This document shows positions 57,417 through 64,000 of a DNA stretch of 64,000 bases, one piece after another. The stretch is from positions 1,176-65,175 of the forward strand of contig JBJTBH010000218.1 of the NCBI GenBank assembly GCA_046091285.1, written 5' to 3'. The notes beneath the pieces were generated by a model that saw only the letters and a program-made list of their open reading frames with translations, ran no database searches and was not told the origin of the DNA. Origin of the DNA: Cyanobacteriota bacterium (GTDB lineage Bacteria; Cyanobacteriota; Cyanobacteriia; PCC-6307; Cyanobiaceae). Within the stretch, counting starts at the first letter, position 1. Each line of letters opens with the position of its first letter. Position numbers and translations under genes: made by a program.

Positions 57417-59372
57417 GTGATGGGGGAATCTGGCTGGACATCGCTTCGAAAAGCCGTGGTGCTGCAGGCGGAACAGGGTCAGATTCAGATCCACACCGAA
57501 AACATCTTCCCGATCATCAAGAAGGCCGTCTATTCCGGCCACGAAGTGTTTCTGCGGGAGCTGGTCTCCAACGGCGTCGATGCGATCAGCAAACGCCGGA
57601 TGGCGGCCATGGCCGGCGATTGCCGTGAAGGCGATGAAGGTCGGATCCAGATCCGCATTGATCGCGACGCCAGGACGGTGACAATCAGCGATAACGGCAT
57701 CGGCATGAACGCCGATGAAGTGAAGCGCTACATCAACCAGGTGGCGTTCTCCAGCGCTGAGGAATTTCTGGAGAAATACAAGCGGGAGTCCGATGCGATC
57801 ATCGGACACTTCGGACTTGGCTTCTACTCCAGCTTCATGGTCGCCAGCCAGGTGGAGCTGGTGAGCCTCAGCGCCCGGGAAGATGCGGAAGCGATCTGCT
57901 GGCGTTGCGATGGTTCCCCCAACTTCAGTCTCGAGTCCGGCGAGCGAAGCGAGCCAGGCACCGACGTGATCCTGCATCTGCAGGAAGAGGAACTCGAATA
58001 TCTTGAGCCGGCGCGGCTGCGTCAACTGATCACCACCTACTGCGATTTCCTGCCGGTGGAAGTGCAGTTGGAGGGTGAAACCATCAACAAGCGTGAATCT
58101 CCCTGGCGCAAGAGCCCCCGCGACCTCAAGGACGAGGATTACATCAATCTTTACCGCTACCTCTATCCTTTCCAGGGAGATCCTCTGCTCTGGGTGCACC
58201 TAAATACAGATTATCCTTACTCGCTCCAGGGCATTCTCTTCTTCCCCAGCCTCAACAGCGGTCGTGCCGACTGGGAGAAGGGTGAGATCCGGCTCTACTG
58301 CAATCAGGTCTTTGTTTCCGACTCGATCAAGGAGGTGGTGCCCCGCTACCTGCTCCCCCTGCGCGGTGTGATCGATTCTCCCGACATTCCTCTCAACGTC
58401 AGCCGCAGCGCCCTGCAGACCGATCGGCGTGTGCGCTCGATCGGCGGCTTCGTGGCCAAGAAGGTGGGCGATCGCCTCAAGGATCTACGCCGGGATGACC
58501 CGCAGCGCTACGCGGAAATCTGGGACTCCCTGGCGCCCTTCATCAAGATCGGGGCGATGGAGGATGAGAAATTCGCCGAACAGGTGGCTGATCTGGTGCT
58601 CTTCGGAACCACGGCTTCAGCGCCCGGCACCGTCACCGAGGGCAGTGACGATCCGATTCAGGCGGGCGAGCGCTCCTACACCACCTTGAACGCCTATCTG
58701 GGACGCCTCGGGCAGGACCAGGGCAAACGGGTGCTCTATTGCACGGATGAAGCCGGTCAGGCCGGAGCCCTGGCCCTCTGGAAAGGCCAGGGAGCGGAGG
58801 TGCTGCTGGCCGATACCTTCATCGACACCCAGTTCATCCCCTGGCTGGAAGCCCGTCATGAGGACACCAAATTCCAGCGGGTGGATGCGGAACTCGATGA
58901 CAGCCTGCGCGATCAGGACAGCCCTCTGACCGATGCCGACGGCAAGGACAGTGGTGAATCCCTGCGGGACCTGTTCAGGAGTTCCCTCAAGGATGATCGC
59001 GTCACCGTTCAGGTGCAGGCCCTCAAGGGAGAGCAGGCACCGGCGGCCTTGATCCTGCTGCCGGAACAGATGCGACGCATCAATGACATGGGAGCGCTGA
59101 TGCAGCAGCGTCTGCCGGGACTGCCGGATCATCACGTCCTGCTGATCAACCGTCGCCATCCCCTGGTGGACGGTCTGCTGCGGCTCTCGGCCGGAGCCGT
59201 GATCAGCGATGGCGGCACACTGTCGCCCAGCGCGGAACTGGCGGGAGATCTTGCCCGGCATCTTTATGAGACGGCCCGGCTGGCCGTGGGGGGCCTGGAG
59301 CCGAACCAGCTGGCCGGCTTCCAGCAACGCAGCAGCGATCTGATGGGACGGCTGATGCAGCGCAGCCTCTGA
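57417..59372 (+). CDS. htpG: Hsp90-family chaperone HtpG
   Basis: Contains IQIHTENIFPIIKKAVYSGHEVFLRELVSNGVDAISK. The track start is GTG at 57417 (ATG at 57420). By analogy with other HtpG N-termini, the true start may be GTG at 57456 or 57459. Confidence 0.93.
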   Translation: MMGESGWTSLRKAVVLQAEQGQIQIHTENIFPIIKKAVYSGHEVFLRELVSNGVDAISKRRMAAMAGDCREGDEGRIQIRIDRDARTVTISDNGIGMNADEVKRYINQVAFSSAEEFLEKYKRESDAIIGHFGLGFYSSFMVASQVELVSLSAREDAEAICWRCDGSPNFSLESGERSEPGTDVILHLQEEELEYLEPARLRQLITTYCDFLPVEVQLEGETINKRESPWRKSPRDLKDEDYINLYRYLYPFQGDPLLWVHLNTDYPYSLQGILFFPSLNSGRADWEKGEIRLYCNQVFVSDSIKEVVPRYLLPLRGVIDSPDIPLNVSRSALQTDRRVRSIGGFVAKKVGDRLKDLRRDDPQRYAEIWDSLAPFIKIGAMEDEKFAEQVADLVLFGTTASAPGTVTEGSDDPIQAGERSYTTLNAYLGRLGQDQGKRVLYCTDEAGQAGALALWKGQGAEVLLADTFIDTQFIPWLEARHEDTKFQRVDAELDDSLRDQDSPLTDADGKDSGESLRDLFRSSLKDDRVTVQVQALKGEQAPAALILLPEQMRRINDMGALMQQRLPGLPDHHVLLINRRHPLVDGLLRLSAGAVISDGGTLSPSAELAGDLARHLYETARLAVGGLEPNQLAGFQQRSSDLMGRLMQRSL

Positions 59373-59383
59373 GGCCCCGGAGG

Positions 59384-59432
59384 GTGGGCATCGCGTCGTT
59401 TGCTAACGTTGCCAACTGGGCCATGCCCACCA
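59384..59432 (+). terminator. 9-bp hairpin plus U-rich tract downstream of htpG (candidate terminator or rpmB leader structure)
   Basis: GGTGGGCAT (59384-59392) pairs with ATGCCCACC (59424-59432) across a 31-nt loop that contains its own small stem (CGTT/AACG). It is followed by ATGTGTTGTTTCGG. Confidence 0.35.
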
Positions 59433-59454
59433 TGTGTTGTTTCGGTTGATTGTC

Positions 59455-59691
59455 ATGTCCCGGGTTTGTCAACTCACCGGCAAGCGCGCCAACAACGGGA
59501 TGGCCGTCAGCCACTCCCACGTGCGCACCAAGAAGCTCCAACAGGTCAACCTGCAGGAGCGTCGCCTGTGGTGGGCCGAAGGCAATCGTTTCATTCGCCT
59601 GCGCGTCTCCACCCGTGCCCTGAAGACCATCCAGAAGAAGGGTCTTGGTGCCTACGCCCGCGAACTGGGCGTCAATCTGGCCAAACTCTGA
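59455..59691 (+). CDS. rpmB: 50S ribosomal protein L28
   Basis: [34 protein letters not shown].., 78 aa. Confidence 0.97.
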   Translation: MSRVCQLTGKRANNGMAVSHSHVRTKKLQQVNLQERRLWWAEGNRFIRLRVSTRALKTIQKKGLGAYARELGVNLAKL

Positions 59692-59710
59692 GCTCCACGC
59701 CCACCCTGAG

Positions 59711-60334
59711 ATGACCCTCCTCGATCGTCGAAGCCTGCTGCGCTCCCTGGGCAAGGCAGGTCTGTGGGGGTTAGGGCTATCCATTCTGCCCGCATCCGTA
59801 CTGAGCCAAGCGCGCCCTGCCAATGCGCTTGGCGGCACACTGCCTGCGGATGACCAACCAGCGCCTCCCTTTCAGCTGGATGGCGTCGCCCCTTCCAAGG
59901 GGCTGCTCGGTGCCACAACCCCGGTGACCCTCTCGCTGCAGGATTTCGCCGGGCAGTGGCTTGTTCTTTATTTCTATCCCCGCGACTTCACCGGTGGCTG
60001 CACCCTGGAGGCGCGGGGATTTCAGCGTGATCTCACTCAATTCCAGCGACTGAACACCGCCATCGTCGGCATCAGTGCCGATTCACCCGATAAGCACAGC
60101 TCCTTCTGTGAAAGCGAAGGACTGGCCTTTCCCTTGCTTTCCGATCCCGGTGGTCAGGTGAGCAAACGCTATGGGTCGTGGATTCCCCCCTTTTCCCAGC
60201 GTCATACCTTCCTGATCGATCCCGATGGCCAGCTCCGCGAACACTGGGTCGGCGTGCGACCCGGTAGCCACAGCCAGGACGTCCTGGAAGCTGTGAAGCG
60301 CCGGCAGGCTGCCGGCGGCACCGCTACGGTCTAA
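59711..60334 (+). CDS. Peroxiredoxin (PrxQ/BCP type) with twin-arginine-like signal peptide
   Basis: The ATG at 59711 gives MTLLDRRSLLRSLGKAGLWGLGLSILPASVLSQARPANA, followed by the AhpC/TSA motif FYPRDFTGGCTLEARGF. Confidence 0.88.
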   Translation: MTLLDRRSLLRSLGKAGLWGLGLSILPASVLSQARPANALGGTLPADDQPAPPFQLDGVAPSKGLLGATTPVTLSLQDFAGQWLVLYFYPRDFTGGCTLEARGFQRDLTQFQRLNTAIVGISADSPDKHSSFCESEGLAFPLLSDPGGQVSKRYGSWIPPFSQRHTFLIDPDGQLREHWVGVRPGSHSQDVLEAVKRRQAAGGTATV

Positions 60335-60360
60335 CAGCCTCTGGCTCACTGCTGCTCCTG

Positions 60361-61242
60361 ATGTCGGCGCTGCCCAACTCTGCACGCAGCCTGGTGCTGA
60401 TCGTGGTGCTGATCCTCAGCAGCAGCGTCCCGGCTCTTTCCGCAACTCTGCGCCTGCGGGCCACCGGCGACAGCGGCAGCGGTGATGCCAACCAGCGGGC
60501 CGTTGGCCAGGCCATGGCCAGGATTCACCAACAGAACCCCGTGAATCTGGTCATTCTGGCCGGTGACAACATCTACCCCTCCGGTGATCTGGGCCTCCTG
60601 GATGCGACCGTGCGTCGGCCTTACCGGGAACTGATCCAGGCCGGTGTCCCCTTTCACGCCGTTCTCGGCAACCACGACATCCGCACCGACAATGGCAATG
60701 GGATGGTGAAAGAACCGTTGTTCGGCATGGCCGGACGCTGGTACGTGCTCCATCGGGGTCCGGTGGATCTGTTCATGATCGACACCAACGTCAACGCCGC
60801 CTGGCAGCAACAGCTGCCATGGCTCATCGACGCCCTGGCGACGAGCCGGGCCCCCTGGAAGGTGGTGGTGGGGCACCATCCCCTGATGTCCTCAGGTCAT
60901 TACGGTGACGATCCCGTCGGGCTGAAACGGCTGGCGCCACTGTTCGAGCGCTACGGCGTCCAGCTCTACATCAACGGGCACGATCACCATTACGAACGCA
61001 GTCAACCGATCCGGGGCACGACCTATCTCGTGGTGGGAAGCGGCGGAGCATCACTGCGCCCCGTGGTTGCGGGCCCGCGCAGTGCCCAGGCTCTCAGTGC
61101 CTTCAGCTTCGCTGAACTCGAAGCCAATGACACGAATCTGATCATCCGAGGCTGGAGTGCGAAGGGACAGTTGATCGATCAGGTCCGGTTGATCACCCCG
61201 CCGCCCGCCATCAGTGCCACAGTGAAGAGACAGACCCCCTGA
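60361..61242 (+). CDS. Calcineurin-like metallophosphoesterase with signal peptide
   Basis: Contains GDSGSGD, LAGDNIYPSGD, LGNHD, GHHP and NGHDHHYER. Confidence 0.88.
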   Translation: MSALPNSARSLVLIVVLILSSSVPALSATLRLRATGDSGSGDANQRAVGQAMARIHQQNPVNLVILAGDNIYPSGDLGLLDATVRRPYRELIQAGVPFHAVLGNHDIRTDNGNGMVKEPLFGMAGRWYVLHRGPVDLFMIDTNVNAAWQQQLPWLIDALATSRAPWKVVVGHHPLMSSGHYGDDPVGLKRLAPLFERYGVQLYINGHDHHYERSQPIRGTTYLVVGSGGASLRPVVAGPRSAQALSAFSFAELEANDTNLIIRGWSAKGQLIDQVRLITPPPAISATVKRQTP

Positions 61243-61336
61243 GCCACCGCTCCAGCCGGGGTCACGGCCTCCGGTCATCCAGGAACAGCCCGCCGGATCT
61301 GCCACAGCGTCGCCCACGTCCCTTTGCCCTGCAGCG

Positions 61337-61681
61337 ATGACTCCGATCTCCCCGACCCGCCTGTGCCGCTTCACCCAGCCTCTCGGCCTGCTGGGTGTTC
61401 TGATCGGCATCACCGCCCTCATGCCCCTGGCTCCGGCGCGGGCAGGCATGGTGGAAAACATGATCCTGAGCAAATGCGGTGATGCGATGAACGCCGACTT
61501 CAAGAAAGCGGGTCAGACGCCTCCTGCCGGCATGGTCAACGACACCTGCAACTGTGTGCTGACCGGTTGGAAGCAGAAACAGGGTCTCGAGCAATCAATC
61601 AAGACCTGCTCCGCCGCGGCAAGCGCCAAGTACGGCCTCGCAAGCCCGGGGAAGAGCAACGAAGCCGCAACCAGCAAGTGA
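61337..61681 (+). CDS. Small secreted Cys-containing hypothetical protein (114 aa)
   Basis: ATG start, a signal peptide (LGLLGVLIGITALMPLAPARA) and protein-like composition with 4 Cys. No family recognised. Confidence 0.6.
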   Translation: MTPISPTRLCRFTQPLGLLGVLIGITALMPLAPARAGMVENMILSKCGDAMNADFKKAGQTPPAGMVNDTCNCVLTGWKQKQGLEQSIKTCSAAASAKYGLASPGKSNEAATSK

Positions 61682-61785
61682 GGCCTGATCCATCGATCTG
61701 CCCCCCGGCTGATGGCCCGGTGTGCTTCCTGCTCACCGTCCGGGCCGAACCTGCTCCATGACAACGGCGCGAGGCCGCAACGCAC

Positions 61786-63174
61786 TCAACTGGTGAATTC
61801 GGTGTTGTAGGCCTCTTCGCCGTGGGCATTGATGTCCAGTCCCTGGCGCTCCTGCTCGGAGCTCACCCGAAGCGGCACCACCAGCCTGATCAGCTGCAGC
61901 ACCACATAGGTGCCGACCCCCACCCAGAGAATCGTGAAGCCGGCCCCCCTGGCCTGCACCAGCAGCAACCCCGGTCCGGCGGCAAGCCAACCATCGGCCC
62001 CCGCCGGATTCAACGAATCGAGAGCCAGCACACCGGTCAGCAACACACCGGTGAGCCCGGCCACCCCATGCACCGGCATGACGTCCAGGCTGTCATCAAG
62101 CCCGATCCGATTCTTGACCTGCAGCGCCCAGCTGCAGATCAGGGCAGCCACCGCACCGATCAACACGGCAGACAGTGGTGTGACGAAACCCGCGGCCGGC
62201 GTGATCGCCACCAGCCCGGCAACGGCTCCCGTGGCCATGCCGACTGCCGTGGGCTTGCCACGCTGGATCGTTTCCAGCCCCATCCAGACCAGAGCAGCAG
62301 CGGCCCCCGCCGTGTTGGTGGTCAGACAGGCCAGAGACGCCAGACTGCCCCCCGACAGGGCACTACCTCCATTGAAGCCGAACCAGCCGAACCAGAGCAG
62401 GCCGGCACCGAGAAGGATGAACGGCACATTGTGAGGAGGTGCCACATGGGCCGGGTGCTGAAGTCGGCGACCGACGACAGCGGCAGCAACGGCGGCCGCC
62501 ACCCCGGAAGCCATCTCCACCACAAACCCACCGGCGAAATCGATCACCCCCTGGCCGCCGCCGGCGGGATGGGCCAGGAAGCCATCCGGCCCCCAGACCA
62601 TATGGGCCATCGGGATATAAACGACGAAGGTCCAGAGCAACAGAAAGATCAACCAGGCGCGAAAATTGATCCGTTCAACCACCGCGCCAGAGACCAGGGC
62701 CGGCGTGATGATCGCGAAGGTGGCCTGAAACAGAGCGAAGGTGCCGTGACTGATCGTGGGGGCGGCCAGGCTCGGCTCCGCCCAGTTGGGCAGGCCCGCC
62801 CACTGCAGGCCCCCGATGAAGGGAGCGAAGGGACCGATGCCGGGAGCAAAGGCGAGGCTGTAGCCGATCAGGACCCAGACCACACCCACCCGGGCCATGG
62901 CACTGAAACTCATCCTCATCGTGTTGAGCACATTCCAGCCACGCACGAAGCCCGCATAGAAGAGAGCCAGTGCGGGGGTCATCATCAGCACCAGGGCGGC
63001 ACTGACCAGAACGAAACCGTTGCTCGCCTGATCCAGGGAGTCGGCCGGCGCAGAGGCAAGGACCGTGGGAGCTGCGATGAGTGCAGCAAGGACGGAAGGA
63101 CCAGTCAAGACCCCGTTTCGAATCTGTTCAACCTGAACCTTCAGGGATCCAGATCGGGTAGCCGTTGCTACCAA
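61786..63174 (-). CDS. amt1: Ammonium transporter (Amt family)
   Basis: Contains LVLMMTPALALFYAGFVR and IDFAGGFVVEMASG. This is the maximal ORF, starting at TTG 63174. There is no in-frame ATG before TM1. TTG at 63108 would give a clean signal peptide (TGPSVLAALIAAPTVLASA-PA). The start is unresolved. Confidence 0.9.
   Translation of the reverse strand: MVATATRSGSLKVQVEQIRNGVLTGPSVLAALIAAPTVLASAPADSLDQASNGFVLVSAALVLMMTPALALFYAGFVRGWNVLNTMRMSFSAMARVGVVWVLIGYSLAFAPGIGPFAPFIGGLQWAGLPNWAEPSLAAPTISHGTFALFQATFAIITPALVSGAVVERINFRAWLIFLLLWTFVVYIPMAHMVWGPDGFLAHPAGGGQGVIDFAGGFVVEMASGVAAAVAAAVVGRRLQHPAHVAPPHNVPFILLGAGLLWFGWFGFNGGSALSGGSLASLACLTTNTAGAAAALVWMGLETIQRGKPTAVGMATGAVAGLVAITPAAGFVTPLSAVLIGAVAALICSWALQVKNRIGLDDSLDVMPVHGVAGLTGVLLTGVLALDSLNPAGADGWLAAGPGLLLVQARGAGFTILWVGVGTYVVLQLIRLVVPLRVSSEQERQGLDINAHGEEAYNTEFTS
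63158..63171. promoter_or_regulatory. Candidate NtcA-type site GTA-N8-TAC (GTAGCCGTTGCTAC)
   Basis: A perfect GTAGC-N4-GCTAC dyad upstream of the likely amt start. There is no good TAN3T -10 box at the expected distance (CAGGTT instead). Confidence 0.3.
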
Positions 63175-63273
63175 AATCAGCAGCCTTCACCGTTTGTTGC
63201 CCATCCCCCGCAGGCGCCTGTGGCCGACGTGCAGCCGAAGAAGTGCTGAAGAGCACCATCAAAGGGGAGAAGG

Positions 63274-63579
63274 ATGGCCAGGATTTCAACACCAACCGAT
63301 GGGAGAGCCGTGCCGTTTGACCCCCATGCCCAGACCCAGGCCACCCTGGCCGGTCTCCCCAGACACTTTCGCCTGGTCGATCGCAACGGCGCCCCTCACC
63401 CGGTTCTTGATGATCACTACGAGTCGATGGAGGCCGCCTGGGACGAAGCCCGAAACTGGTGGCAAGGACAACAGGACAGCAGGGAACAACCGATCGATAT
63501 CGGCATCGAGGTGAGCACAGGCTGCGGCAGCTGGCGCACCCTGCGCCATCCCGGCAGTGAACGGGTGGGGCCCGTTTAA
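63274..63579 (+). CDS. Hypothetical protein (101 aa)
   Basis: The ATG is preceded by GGGGAGAAGG and composition is protein-like (HFRLVDRNGAPHPVLDDHYESMEAAWDEARNWWQGQQD). It is divergent from amt. Confidence 0.6.
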   Translation: MARISTPTDGRAVPFDPHAQTQATLAGLPRHFRLVDRNGAPHPVLDDHYESMEAAWDEARNWWQGQQDSREQPIDIGIEVSTGCGSWRTLRHPGSERVGPV

Positions 63580-63605
63580 GGTCAGAGGCCTTTCTGATCA
63601 GCTCC

Positions 63606-64000
63606 TTGCGTCAAAGCCCCCTGCTGGCCATCCCCCTGATGGTGATCGCAGGCGGCTGGCTTCCAACGCTGGCCGCACCGATTCCGATCCGCCTGGTGGG
63701 CGATCAGACCGACCGTGCGGTTGCAGGTGAGATCCTGCAGCGCTTCGTGAACACCGGCGCGGTGCAGGGGCGCCCCTTCCTCCAGCTTCTTGAGGAATCC
63801 GGCTGGACAGCCGAGGATCTGCGTCGGGCCCTGTCCAAGGTGTATCACGTTGATCACCTGGCCCTGACCCGGTTCCTGACCTCCGAACCCGGTGAGAGGT
63901 TCCTGCAACGACATCTGGGGCTGTATGGCCCCAGACAGGCGCCCCAGGCCGCCCTGGTGGGACTGCGGGCAGCGATTCTGGCCGCCTCCATCGACGGCCG
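63606..64000 (+). CDS. DUF1400-like N-terminal domain protein (probable alpha/beta hydrolase), 3' end outside window
   Basis: This open frame runs to the window end and is not in the track because it has no stop. TTG at 63606 (or ATG at 63639) gives signal-like LLAIPLMVIAGGWLPTLAAP, then ILQRFVNTGAVQGRPFLQLLEESGWTAEDLRRAL..LTRFLTSEPGERFL, which resembles DUF1400. The antisense ORF 63582..63914 looks like shadow sequence. Confidence 0.6.
   Translation, partial: MRQSPLLAIPLMVIAGGWLPTLAAPIPIRLVGDQTDRAVAGEILQRFVNTGAVQGRPFLQLLEESGWTAEDLRRALSKVYHVDHLALTRFLTSEPGERFLQRHLGLYGPRQAPQAALVGLRAAILAASIDG

Noticed and set aside
1-64000. Search for CRISPR arrays, transposases, integrases, reverse transcriptases, toxin-antitoxin pairs and restriction/defence genes
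   Set aside because: I saw no direct repeats of 25-40 nt separated by unique spacers. The only tandem repeats are 10-21 nt and contiguous. No translated ORF shows DDE/HUH, tyrosine- or serine-recombinase, RT (YxDD), Cas, ATPase-nuclease or other motifs I would associate with mobile or defence functions.

Overview
This window looks like a high-G+C picocyanobacterial chromosome segment of the marine/estuarine Synechococcus-Cyanobium type. I judge that from apcD, hemJ, a cyanobacterial-type Hfq, a DnaK/DnaJ pair with lineage-typical tails and several cyanobacteria-restricted DUF proteins. I can support about 60 protein-coding genes, one tRNA-Ser(GGA), several intrinsic-terminator-like hairpins and a few short tandem repeats. 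I found no rRNA, CRISPR array, transposase, integrase, phage gene or recognisable defence gene. Gene content is housekeeping: pheT, leuS, metH, ilvE, cobN, uvrC, coaD, dacB, dapF, pgi, purN, argC, ribBA, mtnP, murQ, dnaK/dnaJ, hisZ, htpG, rpmB and amt. Genes are tightly packed, every other inferred spacer is about 230 nt or less, and many start/stop codons overlap by 1-4 nt. The many long antisense ORFs in the track are the usual shadow ORFs of a GC-rich genome. I did not find a convincing complete novel system. The clearest outlier is a ~1.75-kb ORF-free, compositionally patchy block (4653-6398) between apcD and a J-domain gene. It is full of perfect hairpins, short tandem repeats and recurring sequence words, and it contains a ~220-nt element bounded by inverted repeats. 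Secondary oddities are a ribbon-helix-helix-like N-terminus fused to a C-terminal J domain, a Cys-motif C-terminal extension on DapF, a 20-nt tandem repeat spanning the purN stop codon, and GTA-N8-TAC type dyads upstream of amt. All functional calls rest on my reading of the translated motifs. No database search was run.
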